In this document: piece by piece, positions 1-13,829 of the stretch
Layout: the number at the start of each line of letters is the position of its first letter
How positions within the stretch are numbered: the stretch's first letter is position 1
Origin: Ginglymostoma cirratum
Taxonomy: Eukaryota
Reading direction: 5' to 3'
Assembly (NCBI GenBank): GCA_024137785.1
Contig: JAHRHZ010000073.1
Coordinates: 5,132,250-5,196,249 of the forward strand
DNA length: 64,000 bases
Notes under the pieces: model-generated
Told to the model about the DNA's origin: nothing
What the model saw: the letters and a program-made list of their open reading frames with translations, nothing else
Database searches by the model: none
Position numbers and translations under genes: made by a program

Positions 1-1033
1 ATATTGTATCTGCCGTTCCCGATGTGGCCTCCTCCACATTGAGGAAACCAAGCGGAGGCCTGGAGACCGCTTTGTGGAACACCTATGCTTGGTTTATGAC
101 AAACGACTACACCTCCCAGTTGCGAATCACTTCAACTCCCCCTCCCACTCCTTGGACAACGTGTCCATCCTGGGCCTCCTCCAGTGCCACAACGATGCCA
201 CCCGAAGACTGGAGGAACAGCACCTCATTCCACCTGGGAACCCTGCAGCCCAATGGTCTCAATGTGGACTTTACAAGCTTCAAAATCTGCCCACTCCCAA
301 CCTCATCCCAAGACCGGCCCAGCTCGTCCCTGCCTCCTTGACAAGGGGAATTCTGTCTTTGTTGTTATTGTTATTCTGTCTTTGTTGAGGGCTGAGGTGT
401 GGGAAACACGAGAGATGCGGTCGAGAGTGTTTTCGATCACTCTGGAGGGGAAATTGCGGTCTTTGAAAAACGAGGACATCTGATTTCGGGTCCAGACCCG
501 AAACGTCAGCTTTCCTGCTCCTCTGATGCTGACTGGCCTGCTGTGTTCATCCAGCTCCACACCTTGTTATCTCAGACTCCAGCATCGGCAGTTCCTACTA
601 TCCCATCATGAAACCCAAAATGCATGCAGAATTTTGAGATTGCTGAAGTGTTTCATGTCCGTCTTTTCTCCCACCTATCCGCTCCTCCCACCTCACTGAT
701 CAACCCCACCCCCACTTCCTACCTACTAACCTCATCCTCGCCTCCTTGACCTATCTGTCTTCCCTCCCACCTACTTACCCACCTTCCCTCCTCACTGACC
801 AACCCCATCCTAACTCCCTACCTACATTCACCTGTACTGGCTTCATCTCTGCCTCCTTGACCTGTCTGTCCTCTCTCCACCTATCTGCTCCTCTATCCAC
901 CTTCTACATCACCTTCTACATCACCTCACACTCTCTCTATTTATTTCAGAACCTCCTTCCCCTCTCCCATTTCTGAAAAGGAGTCCAGACCCAAAACGTC
1001 AGCTTTCCTACTCCTCTGATGCTGCTTGGCCTG
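1..1033 (+). mobile_element. Penelope-like (GIY-YIG) retroelement remnant with an internal inverted segment (~344-480, minus) and duplicated 3' UTR/pLTR pieces
   Basis: 1-341 encodes a decayed C-x2-C..EETKRR..EHL..LPVANHFNSPSH, the same family as the ORF at 35539. The minus-strand ORF 303-560 (SSFFKDRNFPSRVIENTLDRIS) resembles the PLE RT C-terminus. The tail ccgaaacgtcagctttcct..ctctgatgct recurs at ~498 and ~991. Confidence 0.8.
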
Positions 1034-1576
1034 TACTTAAGCACATAAAGGACTTGTATATTCCTTTTACAATTAGCAACAGAGGTAATGGGGAAGGAAG
1101 CTAATCAGATTCAAAAGAAACAGCACTTTCAAAATACTTGAATCAAATATAGAAGAACATATTATATATCATTAGCTTTGAAAAATAGCACAATATCATT
1201 AACATTAGAATACCCTATTTGAATTGCTAATAAAATAATAAAACTACTAAATAAAGTAGGAATTCCAATTAGATGGGAGCATGTTAGTGCATAGATTATC
1301 ATGATAGCTTTAACCTGTGTTGAAACAGATGAAGTAGTGTGGTACGTTCAAAATATCTGCAGCATGTTGCTCTCCAGAGCCACATAGCATATATGCCTGC
1401 ACCATTTTAACAATGCTTCAGATAAGGAATAAACCCTTAATAAGATTCAAAAGCTGCTTTGGCCACTCAAACCCCACCATATTTAGATGGTCAGTAGCAA
1501 GGCCAATGATAAGTGCAGGTGTCCCCAAAGAAAGGTAGTGCCAAAAATCACCAATACAAAAGGATGAAAATGGTTA

Positions 1577-1819
1577 CAAAAAGCAGAAGTTGCTGGAAAA
1601 GCTCAGCAGGTCTGGCAGCATCTGCGGAGAAAAAAAATCAGAGTTAACGTTTCGGATCCAGTGACCCTTTCTAAGAACTGAGGAACTGTTCCAAGGAAGG
1701 ATCACCAGTCCGGAAACATTAAGTCTGATTTTTTTCTTCACAGATGCTGCCAGGCCTGCTTCCAGCAACTTCCGTTTTTATTCCTGATTTATAGCATCCA
1801 CAGTTCTTTCGGTTTTTAT
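1577..1819. mobile_element. Fold-back Penelope-derived mini-element with 14-bp TSD
   Basis: Inverted arms (gttgctggaaaagctcagcaggtctggcagcatctg... / ...cagatgctgccaggcctgcttccagcaac) flanked by GATGAAAATGGTTA at 1563-1576 and 1820-1833. Confidence 0.8.
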
Positions 1820-4800
1820 GATGAAAATGGTTAATTATTTAAATTTACTTAAGCTTTTTGGGGTCCCAGGAAAAGTTAGGATGCTCCAGTGAATCCTACA
1901 AAGTGTATCTTTAAGTCTCTCCATCTTGAACTTCCTGTTTCCCTTACCTTGCCTGGAGTCAGGGTGCGGCATGGCCCCATTCTCACCTAACTCCTGTCTC
2001 TTCATTAATACCAAGCCAGAACTATTACAGCTAAACAGCACAGCCCCAGTTACTCACTTTCTCCAGGAGTTAAAAACAGCAGACAATAAATACAAGAAAT
2101 AAAGACAGAGGCTTGAACTCACCCTTCTGACTCAGAGGACAAAGTGCAACATCTGAACCACAATGAACATCTAACATGCCTTGGGAACTCAACTATGCGC
2201 ACTAAACTGGCTTTAAGGAAGCAAAATTAGGGAGATCAATGACTTAATTAAAGCCCTAAACTATTCTGTCTTAACTAACCTGTTTTAGAGATTTATTCCT
2301 GTTCACCTGCTAAGGATCTTTTTTTAATCACTCTGCTATATTTGGGGTGGGCATAATACGGGTTCTATAACTGCAAGTTAGCCAACTCAACTGTTAACTA
2401 AATGCCAATCCCATGATTCGAGCAATACAAATAAACATACTTGAACATAAAGACCTTAAGAGTTAACAAGATGAACTACAATTGCTCTACACTTGGATAA
2501 ATTGGAATTAATCAGGACCTATGAGAGATAAATAGATAAAGACAATGCTGTTGGATTGGCGAAAGATCTGAGTTTTAAGTAGGGAAGCAGGTGAAGGGAA
2601 AGTGGTTTGGTGAGATGATATAGTGTGTGGACAAAGGCAACTGAATTTCTGATCTTCAACGGTGGGGTGGATGGACAAAGGAGTTGTGCAGCAATCAATA
2701 TGCTGAAGGTGGAGGGGCTGGAGGGGCTACAGATGAATGAGCAGGAAATAGCTTAGGGAAGAATGCAGTCGACAGAATTGTAGATAAGGTCAAATGTACA
2801 GAACAGCATTGAAGTGGTCAAGTCAGAGAGTGATGAAGGCACACCTAAGAGCTTCCAGGAGCAGACAAATTGGGTTGGGAAATATTCCAGGTGGAAGTAG
2901 ACAAGCTTTACTATTAAGAGGATGAGTTTAGAAACTCATCTCAAAACTGCATGGAACACTGGAGTTGTGAAACCTCATTCAGCTCAAACCAATGGGAGGG
3001 GGATAGAATCTGTTTCAACAAATGGGGTTAAAGAGCATTTTAAAGAACAGAAATAATGGCAACTGTTCAATTTGAAGGCACAGTTTCCAGGTTTTGTAGG
3101 CTTAGAAAATCATACGTAACACAGCTAACATAAATTTCCGCAGTTATTTTCTCAACACCCTAGAGTAGAAATCAATCATATTCTGGAAATGTGTCCATCT
3201 GAAGCTCTATTAGTTTCTCTATTATACCTTGACTTTTTTTCCTTAAACTGAATTCAAAAAAGCTACTCGAGTCAACTTACTTTTAGGTTCTCTTGAACTG
3301 CTGGCAATCATTTTTCTCTTTCTTTACAGTGAAAGTATTTGTTTAAGAAGCCTGTTATATCCCTTGTGTCAAATACAGTGTAAATTGCAAGTGCTTTTAC
3401 TAAGTGTATTTAAAACATATAAAACTTTTAATATTAATTTTGCTACCATTGATTTTTATTTTTCTACTTTCTACCTACCTCTTACTGCTTTCCTCAAATT
3501 TTTATGTCTTTAGATAGCTGGGCAGGTGCCTAGGAGGGGTTTGGCATGGTAGACAAGCAGTAATGGATATGATAACATGAGGAAAAGGGAAAAAACAGAA
3601 GTATCCATCGGATGGCGGCCTAAAATGTGTTTATCAGATTAAATCTACCAGCCTGTATGAAAAGTTTGTTGAACTAGAAAAGACTTAGAAGTGCTGTGTT
3701 ACTGGAGTTCAAGGCCAAAGCTTTTGCTCATTACATATGGATGACTTAGATTTGGGAAAGCATACAACACTACCGTACTGAAACCTGATGTCAGTTTTAT
3801 ACACAGTGAAGATGTTTAGAACAGGTTTTAATAAAAGCAGTCAGGATATCGAAATAAAGTGACAAGTGAAAGAGCATTTTAATGGAGGTGGGTGGGAGGT
3901 GATAAATTTTATGCATAAATCACAAAGGAGAGCATACATTCCACGAAATGATCCTAATATATGCAGATAACACTAAGATCTATTGGTTCAAATATACCAT
4001 TTCAGAAAGTATGAGCAAGTAGATAAATGCATAATATTGTTACTAATTTGGATTTCATAAAAGGGGCAAGAAAAATAAGCTGGTACAAAACTGTGATTAC
4101 ACTACATTTGGCATAATAGTGCAACTTTACATTTCCCAGAAAATACAAAACATTAGTGTGATATTATCTAAGTGTAAAATCATTAGGACATTGCCAGGAA
4201 TGAAATGAAGTCCAAGGATCTGATGAGAGACTTCTAATACCATGGGTTAGATCTGCAGGGCATCTGTTCCTGCTTACCTGTCCCCCAATCCCCACTCTCT
4301 CCAACTAAAATGATGTTCACGATCTCACTCACAAATATTTATGTTCAACCAGGTGTAGAAAGGGGAAAGCCCCGTCTTGGACAATCAGCAAATCCATACT
4401 TCCAGCAGCGTCAGGTTCAAGCTGTAGATATTGCTAAAGCTCCAGTCAAAACCCAAACAAGAGCTGGTTATGCAAGGCAGACTAAGCCGTAGGTATCACT
4501 GGGTTCAGCTGGGCAGATTCCAGGGAAAATATGAGGACAGGTAGAGGCCAGGTTCCAGAAGTCAAGGAGGTAAAATTAGAAGGGAGCAAGTGTGGCTGAG
4601 AGGGGTTAGAGGATGCAACCGATGGGCACAAGGGGTCTCCTCAAAGAAAACACCCACTCCCATCCCCACTACTGCCAGACATCAGCTCACCAAGTAATGC
4701 CTACCATGCTACCCACCTTGACCTAGACCTCCAACTGTCATAAGGGAGATAGTGGCTGGGTGGAATATGGCATTTAAAGTTGCTGTTAATTGGCCGCTTA

Positions 4801-5077
4801 AAGCCGTCAAAAGGCCCCAGTGCAGGTAGAGACCTGACATCACTACTGCCTGATGTGAAATGGGAGACATTGGATGCAAAGGCAACATACACACCTCAGA
4901 GTGCATTTTATAAGCCCATCAAACATGTTAGTGGACATGTTAAATATAACGTGGATAACAATATAACATATAAATATGGACCTATAAAATCTAGCCCGAG
5001 TAGTATTTTTAATGAAGCAAAGAATGCACAAAAGATATAAACAGAAGATTTCAAAAACATGAAAAGGCCCACTGTGA

Positions 5078-6040
5078 TTAGAAAGTCATTGAGTCCTACA
5101 GCACGGAGACAGGCTTTGGCCCAAACTGGTCCATGCCAACCAAAATGTCCACCCATGCTAACCCCATTTCCCTGCACTTGGCCTACATCCCTCTAAACCT
5201 TTCCTATCCATGTATTCGGCTAAATGCCTTTTAAATGTTGTTAATGTACCCACCTCAACCACTTCCGCTGGCAGCTCATTCCATACGTGCGCCACCCACT
5301 GTATAAAAAAAGTTGCCCTTCAGTCTCCCATGTATTCTTTCCCCTCTTACCTTAAACTGATGCCCGCTCATCCTCGATCCCCCAACCCTGGGTAAAAGAC
5401 TGAATGCATTCACCCTATTCATGCCTCTCATGATCTTACACACTTCTGTAAGATTCCCCTCTCAGTGTCCTATGCTCTAAAGAAAACAGTCCTAGCTCGC
5501 CCAACCCTCTCCCTGTAACTCAATCTCGAGTCTCGGCAACATGCTTGTAAATTTCTTCTGCACTTCTTCCCGTTTAAAAACATCCTTCCTGTAGCAAGGT
5601 GACCAAAACTGAACACAATACTCCAAGTGTGGCCTCACCAACATCCTGTACAACTGCAACATAACTTCCCAACTTCTGTACTCAATGCCCTGACTGAAGA
5701 AGGCCAGTGGGCCAAAAGCCACCTTCACTGCCCTGTATACCTGTGACTCCACTTTCAGAGAACCATGCACCTGAACTCCAAGGTCCCTCTGTTCCACTAC
5801 ATTCTTTAAGGCCCTACCATTCACATGAAACTCCTACCTTGATTTGACTTTGCAAAATGCAACACCTCACACTCATCTATATTAAACTCCATTTGGCATT
5901 TGTCAGCCCACTTCCCCAGCTGATCAAGATCTTGCTGCAATTTCTGATAACCCTCCTCACTGTCCAGGATACCATCTATTTTAGTGTCATCCGCAAACTT
6001 ACTAATCATGCCATGTACATTCTCATCCAAATCATTGATA
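5078..6040 (-). mobile_element. CR1-clade LINE ORF2 3' part (RT C-terminus and 3' UTR), decayed
   Basis: Minus ORFs 5821-6030 (ISKFADDTKI) and 5492-5824 (RDLGVQVH..LYRMLVRPHLEYCVQFWSP) are CR1 RT hallmarks. Confidence 0.92.
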
Positions 6041-6279
6041 TAAGGGCCCAGGCTGACAGCACAACCCCAAGAACGTCACCATCCCCTTACTTCTTAGCTC
6101 CAACCACAAACCCTCACTGGACGATCCTTCAGTTATTTCATCTCTGACTACTGCTGTGACACTCCCCTTAATCAAAAACACAATTCCCCCTCCCCTCTTT
6201 CATCCACCTCTGTCCCGCCCAAAGCACCTGCACCCTGCCAGTCCTGTTTCTCCCTTAGCCATGTCTCTGTAATGGCTTT

Positions 6280-6930
6280 AATATCCCAGCCCCATGTAGC
6301 TATCCATGACCTGAGTTCATCGGCCTTACCTCTCAGCTCTCTTGCATTGAAATAGGTGCAATTTAATCCAAAAGGTATTCCTCGCTTCCTGTCCTGTTCC
6401 AGCCTGACATGTCTCTTGAACTTGCTGTTTCTGATTATGTATCTCCTTCAGCCTCACAATTGCCTCCTTCACAATTGTTGAGGATCCCACTCCCGTCAAC
6501 TTCCTCTTGCAGTACTAGCAAATCTGCCCATCAGGTTATCTGTCCCCCACCAGTTCAAGTGCAACCCGACCTTCTTGAACAGGTCACCTCTGCCCCCAGA
6601 AAAGACTCCAATAATCCAGAAATCTGAATCCCTGCCCCCACACCAATTCTTTAGCCACGCATTCATCTGCTGCATCCTTCTGTTCTTATCCTCACTGGCC
6701 CATGGCAGTGGAAGTGATCTGGAGATTATTACCATTGAGGCCCTAGTTTTTAACTTCTTTCCTAGCTCTCTACAATCACTCCGCAGGACCTCATTTCTAT
6801 CTCCACCTATATCATTTGTGCAAATGTGCACAACGACTTCTAGCTGCTCACCCTCCCCCTTGACAGCATTCTGCAGTCGCTCCCAAGATATCCTGGACCT
6901 TGCACTCCTTGATACTAGGCCCACGACAAT
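6280..6930 (-). mobile_element. CR1 LINE ORF1 SGNH-esterase fragment
   Basis: ORF 6496-6924 has VVVHICTNDIG (family motif VVVHIGTNDIG), NAWLKNWC and GLHLN. Same strand as and upstream of the ORF2 piece, suggesting one internally deleted copy. Confidence 0.8.
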
Positions 6931-9599
6931 CCCCTCTTGAGAGCAGGTGAGTGCTTCCAGGCTCTAATGTATGCACCGGTGATGCCTCCCCCTCTCAGTT
7001 GCCCTCTGCTGGACACACTTCTTCCTGCTGATCACGGGGGCTGTTGCCAGATGATCTGCTCCTCAGTGCGGGTGACTGCTTCCAGGGACTAATGTATGTG
7101 TCGATCTGATGCCTCTCCCTCTCTGTGGTCCTCTGCTCGGCATTAGGGAAACTCAATTTCCTCTGGCTGGAGAATGTGTGACAAAGGACCAACCATTGTA
7201 GACATTTTTAAGAAAAGAACGAGCGTAACATAGGGAATATCAAGATGCAAAGAGTATCCACCTCATGGAGTATATAAACCATTGAGAGCTGCTGAGGAAG
7301 AGATCATCGCATCTATCAAAATTATGTTGGATAAACCCTAACAGCCGGTTTGTCACCTAACGGTCTGGTGGAATAGTGAGCGTATTGAGGACTCATGCAC
7401 CATGAAAGAATCATGACTACATGCCAGGAAACCATACACAGACCAGCATGACTCGCTTTGCTTGTGGTCACAAACAAGTTGCATATTGAGTGACTGGAAG
7501 ACATTCTTGTTGCAAAACTGCCAATTTAAAATGGGAAACTTGTAAGACTGCTAGAATTGTAAAAACAGCCCATTATGAGTTGAAGAAATCATAAGCAGTT
7601 ACTACTTCTACCCATCCCAAATTTTCTCTTACACCCTAATTGTAGTTAGCAGCATATTTTATTTATGTTTTGCCTCTGTCAGCTTGCTTAACATTGAAGC
7701 ATTTTTTGAGGTGTAGGTTAAACACTGGCCAGACTGATGGCATGCACGGTTTTACTTTGCTCACTCTTACAGCTTGTTGTGAAATTCCGTTAAGCCACGT
7801 TAATCCAGCTCCAACACTAAACTGTCTATCATTCCAAAATATTTGGTAATATCACCCAGAAAAGCCACAGCTTGCCTGGTTTGGAAAATGGAAATAATTC
7901 ATACTGATGAAGTGCGAGATGCTCTGCTGAGAAAAAGACAGAAAGCAGAAGTCGCCTTATACTACATCTGATAATGCAGTGTTTGACCAGTTACGAAAGG
8001 AAGGTGATCCACCTGAAAGCACTAATATCCCCTATTTTAAGGTGGACGAGCACCAGAAGAAAAAATTAAAAGGAGCTAAATCATTTATGAATCAATTAGA
8101 AGGAATGGTCACTTGGGTCAAATGGCCTTCTTCCTAGCCCTAATATTTCTGCACACAGAGAAAATTATTGCTGTCAGATGTTGAGGTCACAGATTGCCAA
8201 TGGGAACATATCGAAGGTTATTTGTACAAAAGTTAATTTTTTTTATAAAGCTGACATAAGCTGTACAAACCCTTTGCTGAGAACTTCAAATGAAGCCTGC
8301 AATTGAGGAGATAATGCACTGATAATTAAATGAATTTATTTGATTGGCTAAATAGCCTTACTTATTGCATGCTTTTATGATGTTGAAATCTGGGAAAGAT
8401 TCCTTGTAACCTGTGCTCTTGATTTTAAGTTACCAAGTTTATATTTACATGCTTGTATACTCTATTCAGAATAAGTTAAAAAATACTTGTATGCTTCCTA
8501 TTGGTGCATTTCTGTACTGGCTTAGACTGGTGCTTCCAAATTTTCTTCAATTATTTCAAGTTCAGCATGATTATCCTAGTCATACAGTTAACAATTTTGA
8601 ATATCAGAACTGTCTTGTCACTGTTCGCAAAGCTTTTTTCAATGCATTATTAAGTTTTTGTTTCTACAGTAAAGTAGACAAAATTGTACAAACTATTTCT
8701 GTTTAGTTTAACTAATTCCTTATAAACATTTAAACTGTTTATGTCTGTTAAATATATGGCTTTAAATTGTTCCAGCAATATAGTCTGATGCATGTAAAAC
8801 AAGATGATATTGCTTGAATGTTTTCAGTGGGCATTTGATAATCACGCCCAAAGATCATTTTTTGCCTATTTTCGCTAATAAACACCCATCTTTCATCCTG
8901 CCTCCTCCAACAAAGCATATCCATAAATTTCTTACAATGGAAAGTAAACTTCCTTAATAAAAAAAAATTCTTCAGAACATTCAAATGAAATCTACCCAAA
9001 CATCCTAATCAGACCAATTCATACTAACCCCATAGGGAAAAATACAATAAACACAACAAGTAATTTGAAAACTGAATTCCTGAATGATTCACGAGATCTT
9101 TTAACATGAATGTGTTTCTGGAGTTGAATTCATGAGCATCATTTTAAAATCTATCACAGATTAAATCCTGTTCATTCAGATTATCTGACTTCACTGACCC
9201 ACAGTGAATTCTTGAACCCATCTCAACATATCGCTACAATCTTTTCCATTCCAGAGCCCACTTCTGTACACTGCAGCCCTCCTCCAGTCATCTCTTATTA
9301 ATGGAAGTCTTCAGCAGAATCTCAGCACATTCTTTACATCTTCACTGCACTGTTTTTTTAAAATCTCAAACCATTTTCTTTAGTGAACTTTCAGTAAATA
9401 TTCTTGGTTTGGTATTTGATATTTGTACTTGGTATTAATAGGCACTATATAAGTACCACTTATTATTGTGATAAACATATTAACCATATTGTTGGCATCC
9501 CACTAAAAGTTGCCAACCGATACTTTCTTCCCTGATAAAATATTCACATTTCAAAGCCTGATGTATGAAGGAATTTTACTTTCCTTATCGACCAGTCAA

Positions 9600-10170
9600 T
9601 AAACACAAGCAAATGGGATAATGGCCTTAATTGCCAAGGGGTTTGAGTACAGGAGCAGGGATGCCTTACTGCAGCTGTACAGGGTCTGGGGGAGACCACA
9701 CCTGGAGTTTGTGTGCAGTTCAAAACAACAGAAACATAGGAGTAAGACTAGGCCATGTGGCCCATCAAGCCCATTCCACCATTTGTCATGATCATGACTG
9801 ATCATCTACCTCAACACCACATATTAATGTCCTCACCTAAGAAAAAATGTAGTCTCTACACAGGGAATACAGCAAAGGTTCACCAGATGGTGGTCATGTT
9901 ATACACAGAGAGTCTGGGCTTGTATTTACTTGGGATCTCATTTAAACATGTAAACATCTGACAGGCCTGTAGAGGCTGGTTTCATAGACTATGTTTTCCC
10001 TGGGGAGGTGCAGAACAAGGAGATGCTGTCTCAGGACATTTTGGAACGAGAATACATAAAAATGTCTTTATTATGTGGGTGGTGAACCTCTGTCACAAAA
10101 GGCTGTGGAGGCCAGTCATTGAAAATACTTAAGAAATAGATACATATTTGCAGATGCTGAAGATGTTAAG
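9600..10170 (+). mobile_element. Decayed CR1 fragment with an inverted 3'-end piece inside
   Basis: gcaaatggg..ggccttaattgccaaggggtttgagtacaggagcagggatg..ctgcagctgtacagg..agaccacacctggagt is the LYRxLVRPHLEY region. Confidence 0.65.
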
Positions 10171-10956
10171 GGACACCTTCTTTGTCCAGGACAAAAAACA
10201 GCTCGCCATGCTGGCACAAGGATAAGACTATCAGAAATAGAAACAGGAGTAGGCCATTCAGATCTTTTAGCATGCTCCACCTTTCAATATGATCATGGCT
10301 GATCCTACATTCCTCTTGTCGACTTTCCTGCGTTTTACATATAACCCAACTTCATTCCCCAACCAAGCAAAAATCTATCTATCTCAGTCTTAAATATGCA
10401 CAATGGCACTGCTGCTGTTCATAATTTCCATTGACACTACAGACTTTAGAATTAATAGCATAATCAACATAAGTTGTGACACAAATAAATACGGCCGTTA
10501 AAAACAAATCATTTATTTCTAGAGAGACTGAATTGAAAAATCAATAAGTTATATTCAACTCGCATCGAACTTTGGTTAGACTGCAATTGGAGACAAGCTG
10601 ATCTGATCACTTGACAAGAAAAATGAAAGAAAGGAATAGTGCAAAATTATTTTTAAAAAGCATCACACCTAGGAGGATATGCACATTCAGAAAGAATGAA
10701 TGAACTTAATCCCTTTGCTAGAATATTAAGCAGCTCTAGTACACAGTAAGATCTGACCATATCCTTGTACTATCCTCTTTGCTGGGGAGGTGTGAATGAG
10801 GTTAGTTCAATAATACATTCCAAAACTGCAGACAATGATTAGTCTTACCAAGTGCAATTCACTACAACAGAGAGAGGAGGCTCGGATCAAACTTTCTTTT
10901 AGTTCTTCATTTCTCAAATGAAAAGTAAAAAACATGATGACACATTTTTGATTTCC

Positions 10957-11090
10957 TAAATTAGCTATGGGAAATGCAGGGTTACAGGAAAAGGATAAGA
11001 GGGTGGGTCTGGGTGGTATGCCCTTTGGAGAGTCAGTGTGGACTCAATGAGCTGAATGGCTTCCTTCCAAACTGCAGGGATTCTATAATT
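10957..11090 (+). mobile_element. Elasmobranch HE1-like SINE 3' half
   Basis: gggtgggtctgggtggtatgccctttggagagtcagtgtggactcaatgagctgaatggc..gggattctat; family recognised from memory, ends in a CR1-type tail. Confidence 0.5.
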
Positions 11091-11679
11091 CAACTTGCTT
11101 TGTCAGTATCAATCACTTCTGCTTTGATTGTGATTACATTCAAAAGGAACCCAATCTGTTAAGCTTTCAAGAATCGTTGATGTTGAATTAAATATATTGT
11201 AATTCTGAGAAGTTGTCTACCACCGATGTTGAAATGTAAAGCAACTTATGAAGCTCCAAAAAAATCCCTCCAAAAACAGGCGCTAACATTTTTGCAGAGC
11301 ACAAAGTGAACCACTCACATAAGTGGTTGTCCTCTTTGTTATTTGCCATGCAGACTTTGTGTAGATATGCCTTAAACTTCTGTGCATCTTCACAAAGCAG
11401 CCCAAATCATGGTTGCTCCCTTGCACATCAGGGTCGAGTACACCGGGTCAACATGTGCCATCTTACATTTAATGAATAAGATTTTTTTGCTAAGTAGAGA
11501 AGGGAGTCTTGCATATTGCAAGACCTGATCATTTTGTTATACTGCCCTCTTTGTTGGACAGGTGTAAATGTAAAATAATGGCTACCCACAATTGAGCATG
11601 TGTTTGTCTTAATCAGGGCAATATACAACAACATTAGAACATCCCACAATTCTTAAAATTCAAGGAAATACAATACAAT

Positions 11680-12299
11680 AAGCCCAACAAGCCCGTGCCA
11701 ATTCCTAATCTTTATTTGGGCAAGCTAATTATTGCCTATGCATGGTTTCCATCCCTCTGTTCGCTTCACATTCATATGTCTATCAAGATGCGCCTCAAAC
11801 GTAGCTATCATGCCCGCTTCCATGATCTCCACTGGCAATGAATTCCAGGCACCCACCACCGTCTGTGTGAAAAACTTTCCCCCTCTCACCTTGAACCTGT
11901 GCCCTCATGCAGTTGATCTTTCCATCCTGGGGAAAAAACCTCTGACAATCCACCCTATCTACGTCTCTCATCATTTTGTAGACCTCTATTAGGTTGCCCC
12001 TCAGCCTCTGTCCTTCCAGTGAAGACAGCCTGAGTTTAAATAACCTGTCCTCGTAACTACAACCTTGCAGACCAGGAAACAGCCTGGTAAACCTTCTCTG
12101 CATCTTCTCCAAAACATCCACGTCCTTCTGGTAGTGTGGCAACCAGAACTGCATGCAATGTTCTAAATGTAGCCTAAGTAAAGTTTGATATAGCTGCAAT
12201 GTATCTTGCCAATTTTGATATTCAATGCCCGGCTGATGAAGGCAAGTGTGCAGTATGCCTTCTTGCCCACCTTATCCATCTCTGTTGACACTTTCAGGG
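11680..12299 (-). mobile_element. CR1 LINE 3' fragment
   Basis: ORF 11795-12199 QLYQTLLRLHLEHCMQFW..QRRFTRLFPGL..RLRGNLIEVYKMM. Confidence 0.9.
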
Positions 12300-13829
12300 A
12301 TAGAAGGCCAATTTAAGAGAACTTGATCGATATTGCAGCTCTTTACACAGCAGTGTCATTCTGTGCTTTTCAAGGCCGAAATACCTCATCACAGGTTTGG
12401 TGCCCAAAACTAATCATATTACTCCAGATGACATCTGATCAAAGCTCTTTACAATTAAAACATCACTTCCACACTTTTATGCTCTTCTTTTGATTAATAT
12501 TTGCACTTTACCCTTAAAGTGAATGCCCAACACCCTGCCACCCAAACTGATTGGAAGATTTCATGGTGTGATGTAGTCTCATCCAGAAGCTCGACTGAAG
12601 CTTTGGAGGCCTTGTCTTCAACTGCCTCAGTCCAAAGTCTGGAATTCGCTCTGCAAATTTCTTATTCCACCTCCTGTGTTTTAGGAGATTTCTTAGCATA
12701 TTCCCTGTCGACCCAAGTCTGTGATAATATTTATTCACTTCGCTCAATATCATACTCTATTAGATTATATCTTTAGTAAAATGCCTTAGGGACCTTAGAA
12801 TATCTCAAGCAAGAGGAGGAGCAGTTGGCCATTCAGTCCCTTCACCCAACACTAGCACTCAATGCACTGTCTGACCTAAAATGTCACCGCTTCTTTACAC
12901 TGATAGAACCTTTAGTTCTCTCAAGGCAGTGACTTGAAAGAAATTCAGGGATTTACATATACATATTAATCAATTAAAGTCTTCTAACTGATTAAAGATT
13001 TAACAGCACTTTACGTTTGTTTAATACATCCTCATCAGTTGTTTGGCCCTTTGATCCACTACTTATAAATGCATTGTTCTGTGTGATTCTTTCTCACTTC
13101 ACCCTGACATAGGGACTACGCTCCGAAAGCTTGTGTTTTCAAATAAATCCGTTGGACTATAACCTGGTATCATGTGATTTCAGACCTTGGCACTCAATAA
13201 GATCACGGTGGATTGATCGTGACCGGACTTCCATAATTCTGCCTGATGCCAAAACTCCTTTCTAGATCAAAAACATAACTTAGTTTCGAAGAGATTCAAT
13301 TACCCAGCATCCATTACTCTCTGATTAAGTAATTTCAACATTAAGGACCCTGAGAGAAGAAATGCTTCTCCTCTCCATCTTAAAGGGGAGCTTCTGAATT
13401 TTTGAACTGCGCCCCATTTCTAGATTCCCCAACGAGGCAATACATCACCTCAGCATCTATCCTGTGCTTTTATACTTTTCTATTTCTGTGAAGCTGGATT
13501 TATTTTATTTTTCTAATCTTTTTTCCCAAGAATTTGTACTCAAGAATCTGTACCTAGGATCCTATGTACCTAAGGTACCATAATTCACAACTTGTAAACT
13601 TTTCATTGTACTCATGAGTACATGTGACAATAAAGTCAATTAAATTCGGTCAAGTCATTGAGGGTCTCATTTGTTTCAGTAGGGTCTGACGCAAAGATTC
13701 TTTCTCATTCCTCTAAACACCATTTAGTACTGGCCCAACCTGTTAATTGAAACTGCCTCCAAAGCAATAAAATCCCTGGCTAATACAGAGACTGGTGAGA
13801 CAGACGTACCGAAGCGAATCAGTATTTAT

